A stretch of 46,454 bases of DNA from the NCBI GenBank assembly GCA_023246055.1, contig JAHFJD010000002.1, forward strand, positions 1 through 46,454. Direction: 5' to 3'. Every line of letters begins with the position of its first letter. Position 1 is the stretch's first letter. The notes under the pieces are model-generated. The model ran no database searches and had not been told where the DNA came from. It worked only from the letters and a program-made list of their open reading frames with translations. This document shows, piece by piece, positions 1-8,409 of this stretch. The position numbers and the translations under genes were made by a program. The DNA comes from Candidatus Doudnabacteria bacterium. GTDB lineage: Bacteria; Patescibacteriota; Doudnabacteria; UBA920; 2-01-FULL-46-14.

Positions 1-52
1 TAAACCGCCCCCCGAATTTTAATATATTGACCAGGTTTTTTAACTGCATAAT

Positions 53-80
53 TACTTACTACTTACTACTTACTACTTAC
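53..80. repeat. 4 x 7-bp perfect tandem repeat TACTTAC just downstream of the fusA stop
   Basis: Read directly: tacttac repeated four times at 53-80. The fusA stop is at 86. Confidence 0.9.
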
Positions 81-85
81 CGCTT

Positions 86-2209
86 TTATCCCACCTGTCC
101 CACACGGATCTTCACGCCTTCACCAATAATCTTTTCAGCCACATTCTTCGGCACTTCAGCATAATGCGAAAATTCCATGGTATAAGACGCTTGCCCTTGA
201 GACATGCTGCGGATGGTTGTCGCATAACCAAACATGGACGCGAGCGGCACGTGCGCGTCAATAACTTTCAGCTTCCCGCGATCTGACATTTGTTTGATCT
301 CGCCGCGCTTGGCAGAAATATCGCCCATGACGTCTCCCATAAATTCCTCGGGTGTGATCACTTCGATCTTCATAATCGGCTCAAGGATCACGGGACCTGC
401 TCGTTTCATTCCTTCCTGAAAAGCTTTGGAGCCAGCAATCTTGAAAGCGATTTCCGAGGAATCAACCTCGTGGAAACTGCCGTCATAAAGCGCGACACGG
501 AAATCCACCACCGGATAACCAGCGATCACGCCGTTGTCAGCAGCTTCAAATACACCTTTGCCGACTGCGGGAATGTACTCTTTCGGAATGGTGCCACCCA
601 CAACTTCGTCCTCAAATTCACGGCCTTTGCCTGGTTCCAGCGGCTCCAAACGAAGCCACACATGTCCATACTGCCCCCGCCCGCCAGTCTGACGGATATA
701 TTTGCCTTCAACCTCCACGGTTTTCCGAAACGTTTCTTTGTAAGCCACTTGTGGAGCGCCAACATTCGCCTCCACCTTGAACTCCCGCTTCATCCGATCC
801 ACGATGATTTCAAGATGCAGCTCACCCATACCGGAAATAATCGTCTGGCCCGTTTCTTCGTTTGATTTGATATGAAAGGTCGGGTCTTCTTCACCAAGCT
901 TCTGGAGCGCGATACCCATTTTCTCCTGGTCGGCTTTGGTTTTTGGCTCAATGGCCTGGGAAATGACCGGCTCGGGAAAGACAATTGATTCGAGCACCAC
1001 GGGCTTGTCATCTGCGGACAGAGTGTCGCCCGTAAACGTATCCTTGGGGCCAACAAGAGCGGCAATATCTCCGGCAAAGACCTCTTTTATTTCCTCACGA
1101 TGATTGGCGTGCATGCGGACGATTCGCCCAACTCGTTCTTTGTTTCCAGACCTCGTGTTGAGCACATACGACCCTGCCGCGAGCGTGCCGGAATAGACGC
1201 GAAAGAACGCAAGCTTTCCCACAAACGGATCAGTGGCGATCTTGAAAGCCAAAGCCGCGAACGGTTCTGTGTCCAGTGGCTGGCGCTGAATTTCTTGCTG
1301 CGTGTTAAAATCCGTCCCAGGCACCGCGCCTCGATCCGTTGGACTCGGTAAAAAATTAGTGACTGAATCGAGAATGCTCTGCACGATAATGCCACGACCG
1401 TCCCCGCCCAGCACCGGATAAAATTTGCCGCTTTGGGTGGCTTTGCGGATAGCATTCAAAAATTCTTCTTGGCTAATTTCCGCTCCTGCAAGATATTTTT
1501 CCAGAAGTGCGTCATCAGACTCGACAACTTTCTCGAGGAGCTGGTGCCTGTACTCTACGGCTTTGCTTTTCAGGTCTGCGGGTACATCAATGACAGTGAA
1601 CTCTTTGTCAGTAAAGTTTTGGTAAGTATAACCTTTCATTTGCACGAGATCTACAAAACCGACTACATCTTTTTCGAAACCAATCGGAATCTGGATCGGT
1701 ATCGCGTCAGATGAGAGCCGTTTATGAATCGAGTCAAGACTCTTGTAAAAATCCCCGCCAGTCTGGTTGATTTTGTTGATGAAGCACATGCGCGGCACAT
1801 GATATTTGTCAGCTTGCCGCCACACAGTCTCGGATTGAGGTTCCACGCCCATTTTGCCGTCAAACACCACAACTGCGCCGTCGAGCACCCGTAGCGAGCG
1901 TTCCACTTCAACGGTAAAATCTACGTGCCCCGGTGTATCGATGATGTTGATCTTGTGCTTGCTCTTCCCGGCGAGCTTATTAAATTTCGGGGTCCAAAAA
2001 CACGTGACAGCCGCGGCAGTGATAGTGATCCCGCGCTCGCGCTCCTGCTCCATCCAGTCTGTCGTAGTCTCACCTTCGTGCACGGCACCGATAGAGTGCT
2101 TGAGTCCGGTATTGTAAAGAATTCCTTCCGTGACAGTAGTCTTTCCCGCATCGATATGCGCGATTATTCCAATGTTACGTGTATGGTCGAGTGATATATC
2201 TCTGGGCAT
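86..2209 (-). CDS. fusA: Translation elongation factor G
   Basis: 707-aa ORF with GTPase motifs AHIDAGKTT and DTPGHVDF and EF-G-like domains. It follows rpsL-rpsG in canonical str-operon order. Confidence 0.97.
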   Translation of the reverse strand: MPRDISLDHTRNIGIIAHIDAGKTTVTEGILYNTGLKHSIGAVHEGETTTDWMEQERERGITITAAAVTCFWTPKFNKLAGKSKHKINIIDTPGHVDFTVEVERSLRVLDGAVVVFDGKMGVEPQSETVWRQADKYHVPRMCFINKINQTGGDFYKSLDSIHKRLSSDAIPIQIPIGFEKDVVGFVDLVQMKGYTYQNFTDKEFTVIDVPADLKSKAVEYRHQLLEKVVESDDALLEKYLAGAEISQEEFLNAIRKATQSGKFYPVLGGDGRGIIVQSILDSVTNFLPSPTDRGAVPGTDFNTQQEIQRQPLDTEPFAALAFKIATDPFVGKLAFFRVYSGTLAAGSYVLNTRSGNKERVGRIVRMHANHREEIKEVFAGDIAALVGPKDTFTGDTLSADDKPVVLESIVFPEPVISQAIEPKTKADQEKMGIALQKLGEEDPTFHIKSNEETGQTIISGMGELHLEIIVDRMKREFKVEANVGAPQVAYKETFRKTVEVEGKYIRQTGGRGQYGHVWLRLEPLEPGKGREFEDEVVGGTIPKEYIPAVGKGVFEAADNGVIAGYPVVDFRVALYDGSFHEVDSSEIAFKIAGSKAFQEGMKRAGPVILEPIMKIEVITPEEFMGDVMGDISAKRGEIKQMSDRGKLKVIDAHVPLASMFGYATTIRSMSQGQASYTMEFSHYAEVPKNVAEKIIGEGVKIRVGQVG

Positions 2210-2291
2210 GGTATCAGCTTTTTAGCTAATCAGCTTCTTAGCTTTTTAGGATAGAAGCAACCTAACAAGCTAAGAAGCTACAAGCTAATCC
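2210..2291 (-). repeat. Intergenic spacer built of TAGCT-type short repeats, with a 12-bp perfect inverted repeat
   Basis: AGCTTCTTAGCT (2232-2243) pairs with AGCTAAGAAGCT (2268-2279). The spacer is alignable with the rpsL-rpsG spacer. Confidence 0.8.
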
Positions 2292-2777
2292 CTATTTTCT
2301 CTGGAATCTCGCAAAATGCGCAAAAGCCCTGTTGGCTTCAGCCATCTTATGCGTATCGATTTTCTTTTTGATTGCTGCCCCCTCATTTTTGTTGGCAGAC
2401 ATGATTTCTTCGGCAAGTTTCAAATGCATGGGCTTTCCCTTTTGGGCTCTCGCGGCGGTAATCAGCCATCTCATTCCCAATGTGGTCTTTCTCGGCTCCA
2501 TAACTTCAAGAGGTACCTGGTAATTCGCTCCACCGATGCGGCGGCTTTTGACCTCAAGCGCTGGGCTAACATTTTTCAAGGCCGCATCAAAAATCTGACG
2601 CGGTTCAACGTTCATTTGTTCTTTTATATAGTTGAAAGCATCATAGACAATCTTTTCAGCAACTGTTTTTTTGCCGCGCTCCATGATGTGGTTGATAAAT
2701 TTCGCAACCTTGACGTTATTGTATTTCGGATCAGGAGCGATCTTGTGCTTGTTATATGATCTGGCTTTTCTGGGCAT
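2292..2777 (-). CDS. rpsG: 30S ribosomal protein S7
   Basis: 161-aa ORF ([13 protein letters not shown]...) with S7-like sequence and str-operon position. Confidence 0.97.
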   Translation of the reverse strand: MPRKARSYNKHKIAPDPKYNNVKVAKFINHIMERGKKTVAEKIVYDAFNYIKEQMNVEPRQIFDAALKNVSPALEVKSRRIGGANYQVPLEVMEPRKTTLGMRWLITAARAQKGKPMHLKLAEEIMSANKNEGAAIKKKIDTHKMAEANRAFAHFARFQRK

Positions 2778-2861
2778 TGGTTTAGCTGTTTAGCTGTTTA
2801 GCTCATTGGCTTCTTAGGCACCGAACGAAACCTAACCAGCTAATAAGCTACTAACTAATTC
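2778..2861 (-). repeat. Intergenic spacer with 3 x 8-bp tandem GTTTAGCT, paralogous to spacer 2210-2291
   Basis: gtttagct repeated three times at 2780-2803. The distal half (cttcttagg...cctaaccagctaataagcta) aligns with 2235-2285. Confidence 0.8.
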
Positions 2862-3278
2862 CTATTTCGGTCTTTTTGCTCCGTATTTACTTCTGCCACG
2901 TTTGCGGTTCTCGACTCCTGCCGCATCCAGCTTTCCGCGGACGATATGATAACGCACGCCAGGCAAATCCTTCACGCGTCCGCCGCGGATCATAACGACC
3001 GAGTGTTCTTGGAGATTGTGCCCCACTCCCGGGATGTAAGCTGTCACCTCCATGCCATTCGTCAACCGCACGCGCGCAATCTTCCGCAAAGCCGAGTTTG
3101 GTTTTCTCGGCGTGGTGGTCGTGACTTTGAGACACACCCCGCGTTTGAACGGGCTGCCGAATTTGAGGAGTACGGGTCGGTTATGGATCAAATTCAAAGC
3201 ACGCATCATGGCCGGGCTCTTGGATTTGGCCTTGAGTGGTTTGCGCTTTTTTCTGATGAGTTGATTGATTGTCGGCAT
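2862..3278 (-). CDS. rpsL: 30S ribosomal protein S12
   Basis: 138-aa ORF ([12 protein letters not shown]...) containing [20 protein letters not shown]. It is the first gene of the str operon. Confidence 0.97.
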   Translation of the reverse strand: MPTINQLIRKKRKPLKAKSKSPAMMRALNLIHNRPVLLKFGSPFKRGVCLKVTTTTPRKPNSALRKIARVRLTNGMEVTAYIPGVGHNLQEHSVVMIRGGRVKDLPGVRYHIVRGKLDAAGVENRKRGRSKYGAKRPK

Positions 3279-3290
3279 CTACATTTTATG

Positions 3291-3327
3291 CTCCCCCCCC
3301 TTACCAAGGGGGGGAATAAGAGGGGGT
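3291..3327. repeat. PE-1 GC-rich palindromic element, in the rpsL 5' leader
   Basis: ctcccccccc-ttaccaa-ggggggg followed by the G-rich tail aataagagggggt. Confidence 0.75.
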
Positions 3328-3480
3328 TAAATTAACTATAAGCCTAAACAAAAACTGATGGCATAACCTTCAGTTCTCGCCTACTTCGTTTATTTGGTAC
3401 CCATAAGCCTTGTGGGCTTTTGGTCCGCCGATGAGGCGGATCATCCGAAACCCGTGGATGGTTTGCCCCTTCATTTTTTT

Positions 3481-3527
3481 CTCCCCCCTCGGGGGAGATG
3501 TCTCGGTAAACCGAGACAGAGAGGGTT
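3481..3527. repeat. PE-1 element plus an adjacent small hairpin, in the rpsL 5' leader
   Basis: ctcccccc-tc-gggggag followed by the hairpin tctcgg-taaa-ccgaga. Confidence 0.75.
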
Positions 3528-3601
3528 TATTTCTTCCCAAATAAATCGACTTAAAAAGTGATTTCCCTAACAAAAGGGAGGTTTCTTATTCAATTGTGAT
3601 T

Positions 3602-3630
3602 ATTATATCAACAACAGCTATTGACGTCAA
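3602..3630 (-). promoter_or_regulatory. Candidate sigma70-type promoter of the rpsL operon
   Basis: Minus strand reads TTGACG, a 17-nt spacer, then TATAAT. The -35 lies in the palindrome TTGACGTCAA (3621-3630), which can also serve a plus-strand promoter. Confidence 0.6.
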
Positions 3631-3740
3631 CCCCGATTTATGCTAGTCTTTATGGTCATTATCGCCAATGTGTTATAACGGCTATAATGGTCTCTGTTTC
3701 GTAGTTTCGTTATTTGGAAAAACATGTCAGGAGGGGAAAA

Positions 3741-4526
3741 ATGAATACAACGCAACCGAATGAAGAAAGTTTGGAAGCATTGAAAAAACTGGCCAAAGAA
3801 CCGAGGGGCATAGGAGCAGTCCCTGACGAGGGACTGCTGCAAGCGATTGCGTCGTGCGGCATACTTGATCTCAACCAGGCTGTAAACGCGTACTATGCCG
3901 CAGTAAGTTCCATCGAAAAGGCGGGTGCCAGAATTCTTGAGCACCGCAAAAAGATCGATGACCTGCTGGAATGGAGTCACAGGACGTGGCTCGAACTGTC
4001 TGATCCCAACGAGCAGCTCAAGCATCTCTCGGAGGTCCGGAAAACGACGAACGGCCTTGAAACAGAACTCCTGACCCTGTCAGGGGAAACAATACCTCAA
4101 CTCCGAGAGGTCTCCCCCATCGGCCAGATCGAAATGGCCAGAGCTCTGTTTAGCTTCATCGAAGAAGTCCGTCGGGCTATTAGATGGTCGCGTGAGCTGT
4201 TCAGCGGCTATCAAGGACCGTTTCTCGAACGTTTTGTGCTTCCGGCTCTGGAGGGGACGCTTTCTTCCCAATGGCCAGACGACAGCATATGGAGGGACGT
4301 GGTCGATCAGCAGATCATCCAACGCATCCCGGATGACGAGTGGAAACAAGACCGGCCAGATCGAAGAGTAGTATTTGCAGCGCTCAAAAAGAACCTGACT
4401 CCGGAGCGCATCCACATTCTGGTCGTCGCCATCAGCGCCAGTGAGAAGTGTGACGCAGACGCGCTGAAAAGCCTAATCGAAAAACAGCGCGAAATGGCGA
4501 AAGAATATCCCGACTTTTCCTGGTAA
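3741..4526 (+). CDS. Hypothetical protein (261 aa)
   Basis: ATG at 3741 follows AGGAGG (3729-3734). The long ORF ends at a strong terminator. I recognised no family motif. Confidence 0.6.
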   Translation: MNTTQPNEESLEALKKLAKEPRGIGAVPDEGLLQAIASCGILDLNQAVNAYYAAVSSIEKAGARILEHRKKIDDLLEWSHRTWLELSDPNEQLKHLSEVRKTTNGLETELLTLSGETIPQLREVSPIGQIEMARALFSFIEEVRRAIRWSRELFSGYQGPFLERFVLPALEGTLSSQWPDDSIWRDVVDQQIIQRIPDDEWKQDRPDRRVVFAALKKNLTPERIHILVVAISASEKCDADALKSLIEKQREMAKEYPDFSW

Positions 4527-4540
4527 CGATGTTGCGGAAT

Positions 4541-4594
4541 CTCGCACAGTAGTTGTTCAAAGTCTCAACGAACAAGTGCTGTGCGAGTTTTTTT
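4541..4594 (+). terminator. Rho-independent terminator
   Basis: Stem ctcgcacag / ctgtgcgag with inner stem ttgttc / gaacaa, followed by a T7 run. Confidence 0.8.
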
Positions 4595-4615
4595 ATTTCA
4601 TAAATTTTTGCCAAC

Positions 4616-4654
4616 AAAAAATGCTCCGTATTCCAAATTTCGAAATACAGAGCA
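4616..4654 (-). terminator. Rho-independent terminator of the radical SAM gene
   Basis: Minus strand reads tgctctgtatt...aatacggagca followed by TTTTTT. It is convergent with the 4541-4594 terminator. Confidence 0.7.
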
Positions 4655-4671
4655 CTGCTACACGAAGTTCC

Positions 4672-5637
4672 CTAGCCAATGCTTATCGTCTGGCCAATCG
4701 CAGACACAGAGTCCGACAGGCTCTTCAGCCACGAGGTCCCGCTATCGTCTGACACGGCACTAGAGATGCACCCGCACTGCTTGCAATCAGCTTTCTCGGA
4801 GAGGATGCATTGATTGATTCTGTTGCCCGCGGCGTCGAACGAATCAACCAGCGTGGACATCCCGCAAACAGAGGGTGTCATTTTGATCGTGTGATCAGGG
4901 TGTAGCCTTTTAATCTGCTCGGAACTGACGACCAGGAAATCTCCGCATTGCTTTTTCAGTCCCAGCAACTCGTCGACAATCCAAACCCTTTGCTCGCGTG
5001 ACAAAAGGTAATCATGGTCCTTTGCTCCACGAATCGGAGTCATGGTGCTGACCATGATCCCGTCCGCGAGTCCGTTGTTGCTCCAGGTCTGCATGATCTT
5101 TCCCACTTGACGGTAGTTCACTGCGTTGAGCGTCGAATGAATTATCACCGGAAAATATCCGGACGAGCGCGCTCGTCCGACATTTTTCAATATCCGATCA
5201 TAGAGTCCTTGCATCCTCCTCACGTTATCGTGAGTAGCGGAATCTCCCCCATCAATTGAAACAACGTGAGTGGTGTTTGGCAATCCAGTAAGCAGAGGCG
5301 TGGTGCCAGAGATCACGAGCCAACTCCAGGGAATGGCCCCGGCTAGCTTCTTCAAAAGATTAGGTCGGACATAAGGCTCCCCGCCAACCATGCTCACATG
5401 GAGGTAGCCTTGCCTTCGCATTCTCAAAAAAAACGCAAAAACATCCTTGTCGCTCATTTCCTTCACCCGTGGCTGCCTGCGCCAATAGCAATCGCACCCG
5501 ACAGGGCAGCGATCAGAAACGTTAAAGCTGAATGCCAGAGGTAGACCGCTAACAACTCGGCGGTAAGTCCCCTTCAGAACCACCGCTGTATTCCTGGTCA
5601 AAAATCTCAATATACCGGTAGCATCTTTACACAGCAT
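4672..5637 (-). CDS. Radical SAM protein with a Cys-rich C-terminal auxiliary domain (HpnH/DUF3463-like architecture)
   Basis: ATG preceded by AGGAGG. Contains SFNVSDRCPVGCDCYW, GGEPYVRP, and C-terminal CGMS...C...CKQCGC. Block order resembles HpnH-type enzymes. Family assignment is from memory. Confidence 0.7.
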   Translation of the reverse strand: MLCKDATGILRFLTRNTAVVLKGTYRRVVSGLPLAFSFNVSDRCPVGCDCYWRRQPRVKEMSDKDVFAFFLRMRRQGYLHVSMVGGEPYVRPNLLKKLAGAIPWSWLVISGTTPLLTGLPNTTHVVSIDGGDSATHDNVRRMQGLYDRILKNVGRARSSGYFPVIIHSTLNAVNYRQVGKIMQTWSNNGLADGIMVSTMTPIRGAKDHDYLLSREQRVWIVDELLGLKKQCGDFLVVSSEQIKRLHPDHTIKMTPSVCGMSTLVDSFDAAGNRINQCILSEKADCKQCGCISSAVSDDSGTSWLKSLSDSVSAIGQTISIG

Positions 5638-5771
5638 TTACTCCTCCTATATACGGAAATTTGAAATTCCTTGCGAGCAGTATAGCCAACTCTGGAAATT
5701 TTTTCAATTTGCCACCTGGCCTATTTTATGCGAATCTTAAACCAGTACAATCCATGCCCAAAGGAGGCGGA

Positions 5772-7316
5772 ATGCTGAAACGATTGAGAGTAGTTGTTCT
5801 AAAACCGAGTAAATATGGTTATAAAAACGACCGTTGGAACGGTTATGTCCAGCGCTTTTGGCGAGGTTTCATGCCGAATGCAACAGTACCTCATTTGCGG
5901 ACTATGACCCCGGAGCGGATCAGCGATTGCCTCCTCGAAACATACGCAATCGATGAATACGTGCAGACTGATCTGGATTATCTCAAGCTCCTTCATGGTG
6001 ATGAGCCAACACTCCTCGCCCTGGTTGGCGTGCAATCACACCAATTCCATCGCGCGCTAGACCTAGGCGCGTACGCTCTGAAACATGGCTGCCGGCATGT
6101 AGTAATTGGTGGTCCACACCCTATGACGTGTGACACCAGTATGCTTCAGGGGCGCGGTGTGTCATTTGCTCTAGCCGAAGCTGAAATGATTTGGCTCACC
6201 ATTCTCCACGACGCCATATGCGGCGAGCTCCAGCCAGTATACGGAGTCGGGCAGCGCTGGCAAACTGAACTCCGAGCATCAGCCATGATCCCACCATCTC
6301 GTGAGGATATGAAGCGGTATGTTGTGCCGCTGCTTGGTGTTTATCCTGCTCGCGGTTGCCCATACACATGCAATTTCTGCTCCGTGATAAAAATCGCGGG
6401 CAGGCAGATCAGAAGCCAGGACATCGGAGTAACGATGGAAACTCTCTGGCGCGCAAAAAAATCTGGGATCAGATTCATTCTCTTCACATCTGACAATTTC
6501 AACAAATATGCCGACGCAGTAGCCTTGCTGAATCAGATGATTGAAGAAAAACTGGACCTGCCATTCATGTGTCAATGCGATACACAGGTATCGCGGCAGG
6601 AAGAATTCATGGGGCTCTTAGGTCGAGCTGGGTGTTTTCAAATCTATGTCGGGGTCGAATCACTCGATCGAGAGACACTCCGCAAGGCCCGCAAGAACCA
6701 GAATCACCCCCAGCAGTATGGGGAAATCGTCAGGTTGGCAGGAAAGTACGGATTTTCTTCCCACTTCTCCAACATTGTGGGATTCCCAGATGATACTGAA
6801 AAATCAGTCAGGGGTCATATCGCGGAAGTTTGCAGGATCAGTCCGGCAGCGCTCTCCGCTTACATTCTTACGCCTCTGCCGGGCACGGAACAGTACGACG
6901 AATTTCTAGCTGGAGGGAGAATTTATGAAAAAAACCTCGACTGTTTCGACGCCTGTTGTCCGACCTGGCACCATGATCATCTCTCTCCGCAGCAGCGAAT
7001 CGAGTTGATGTTTGAATTCTACCGAACGTTTTATTCGGATGAAAAGCTCGTGAAAAGCTTCACCACCCGGAACCGACAGATGAGCCGTACGTCAGACGCC
7101 ATAGCCCGAATTTTCCCGATTTTCTATCGGTATGCGGCTTGGAGACAGCGGCACCCCATGGAGGGAGGTTTGGGAAAAGTGAGGCGTGACCATGTTTCCG
7201 AGTATCTTGATTTGCGGAAAAAACTTTTCGGGTACGAGCATGTTCCTCTGCCGCGAAGTCTCCAGCTTTCTCCTACCGATCAGGGACTCAATCGTCAGGT
7301 CAAGATTGCCATGTAG
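5772..7316 (+). CDS. B12-binding-domain radical SAM protein (class B-like)
   Basis: ATG at 5772 follows AAGGAGG (5761-5767). N-terminal Rossmann-like B12 region, ARGCPYTCNFCSV CxxxCxxC motif, and a long C-terminal extension. Confidence 0.75.
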   Translation: MLKRLRVVVLKPSKYGYKNDRWNGYVQRFWRGFMPNATVPHLRTMTPERISDCLLETYAIDEYVQTDLDYLKLLHGDEPTLLALVGVQSHQFHRALDLGAYALKHGCRHVVIGGPHPMTCDTSMLQGRGVSFALAEAEMIWLTILHDAICGELQPVYGVGQRWQTELRASAMIPPSREDMKRYVVPLLGVYPARGCPYTCNFCSVIKIAGRQIRSQDIGVTMETLWRAKKSGIRFILFTSDNFNKYADAVALLNQMIEEKLDLPFMCQCDTQVSRQEEFMGLLGRAGCFQIYVGVESLDRETLRKARKNQNHPQQYGEIVRLAGKYGFSSHFSNIVGFPDDTEKSVRGHIAEVCRISPAALSAYILTPLPGTEQYDEFLAGGRIYEKNLDCFDACCPTWHHDHLSPQQRIELMFEFYRTFYSDEKLVKSFTTRNRQMSRTSDAIARIFPIFYRYAAWRQRHPMEGGLGKVRRDHVSEYLDLRKKLFGYEHVPLPRSLQLSPTDQGLNRQVKIAM

Positions 7317-7331
7317 GACAAACTTATCAAA

Positions 7332-7366
7332 CGGTCTTCGTAATCTACACACGAAGACCGTATTTT
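7332..7366 (+). terminator. Rho-independent terminator
   Basis: ggtcttcgt-aatctacac-acgaagacc followed by gtatttta. Confidence 0.65.
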
Positions 7367-7370
7367 ATGC

Positions 7371-7994
7371 CTAAAAAATTGAAAAACCCAGGAACAGATT
7401 TGACACAAGGCTCAACAGTGGTACGAGGATGCGGTGAATGAGGCCGCTGTAAAGAAATAAAATTATCAGGATAAATCCGTAGCGTTCAAAGGACAAAAAC
7501 CGATAGATAGTCACAAGATTGCTCGAAAGCAGGGAGGCAAACACTTTGAATCCGTCAAGCGGCGGCAGTGGCAAAAGGTTGAAAATTCCCAGCCCCAGAT
7601 TTAGCACCACAGCCGTAACAAAGAGATCGTGCTGCGGATCTACCACATTATGCAAACCAAGTCTAATCGGCAAAGTAAAGATCAGGGCGAGGATGAAATT
7701 CGCTCCCGGGCCAGCCAGGGATACGAGTGCCATTCCTTTCCTCGGATCTCGGAGCCGCAAAAAATCCACCGGCACTGGCTTGGCCGCCCCAAAAATAAAC
7801 GGGCTGCCGACCCAGACTAAAAACAAGGGCAAGAGAATCGAAGCGAATGGGTCAAGGTGAGGGATAGGGTTCAGCGTCAAGCGACCGGCCATCTTGGCTG
7901 TGTCGTCGCCGAGCCGATAAGCCATGACCCCGTGGCAGACTTCGTGGATCACTGCAGAAAACAAAAGGATGACGAGAATAATTACTAATTCCAT
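7371..7994 (-). CDS. Site-2 protease family (peptidase M50) membrane metalloprotease
   Basis: HEVCH (HExxH) sits in the first TM helix. NLLPLPPLDG motif and multiple TM segments are present. Confidence 0.85.
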   Translation of the reverse strand: MELVIILVILLFSAVIHEVCHGVMAYRLGDDTAKMAGRLTLNPIPHLDPFASILLPLFLVWVGSPFIFGAAKPVPVDFLRLRDPRKGMALVSLAGPGANFILALIFTLPIRLGLHNVVDPQHDLFVTAVVLNLGLGIFNLLPLPPLDGFKVFASLLSSNLVTIYRFLSFERYGFILIILFLYSGLIHRILVPLLSLVSNLFLGFSIF

Positions 7995-8030
7995 AGCTAT
8001 TTACAACTCCTGATTAAAATTGTATACTTC

Positions 8031-8067
8031 CTTTCGTATATTCGTACTAATTCGTATTTCGTAGTAT
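8031..8067 (+). repeat. TTCGTA short tandem repeats in the rpmB 5' region
   Basis: ttcgtata ttcgtactaa ttcgtat ttcgtagtattc immediately precedes the ATG at 8070. Confidence 0.8.
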
Positions 8068-8069
8068 TC

Positions 8070-8276
8070 ATGACCGGACCTAACAAAGTCTGTAAAATCT
8101 GCGGCAAGGGCTATCGGCGGGCCTTTGCGCGCTCACATTCCATGCAGTCAACCATTCGCCGTCTGGAACCCAATCTGCAGTGGCTGACTGTATCCCCTGG
8201 TAAAAGAATCAAAGCTTGCACTAACTGCATTAAATCCTATTCTGCGAGGAAAATCAAACTACCACAGTTTGTTTAA
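8070..8276 (+). CDS. rpmB: 50S ribosomal protein L28
   Basis: 68-aa ORF with KVCKICGKG...RSHSMQST.RR..PNLQ, an L28-like pattern. Confidence 0.85.
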   Translation: MTGPNKVCKICGKGYRRAFARSHSMQSTIRRLEPNLQWLTVSPGKRIKACTNCIKSYSARKIKLPQFV

Positions 8277-8278
8277 TG

Positions 8279-8409
8279 CCAGGTAGTAGAAGCTTGATAG
8301 TAAACAGCTCTCCGTTCACTATTTGCTATTTTAATCACTCTATCTCAGATAAGAACTAAAAGTCTGTAGGACCAGACTGCGTCTGGTCAATCAAACTTTC
8401 ACTACCTGG
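8279..8409. repeat. PE-4 element: a 9-bp terminal inverted repeat brackets the whole intergenic region
   Basis: ccaggtagtagaagcttg...cactacctgg. The same termini occur as a 33-nt hairpin at 46407-46439. An internal hairpin gaccagac-tgc-gtctggtc is present. Confidence 0.7.

Noticed and set aside
234-2194. Numerous 60-190-aa ORFs nested in or antisense to fusA, with similar ones inside leuS, pnp, glyA, metG, glyQS and others
   Set aside because: All are fully contained in long ORFs with strong homology-type motifs. They have no independent start signals or recognisable motifs and are typical shadow ORFs.
3370-3573. 67-aa minus-strand ORF upstream of rpsL
   Set aside because: The sequence is largely a translated PE-1 palindrome (SPPRGEKK) and small hairpins. 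It has no SD and sits inside the probable rpsL leader, so I treat it as noncoding.
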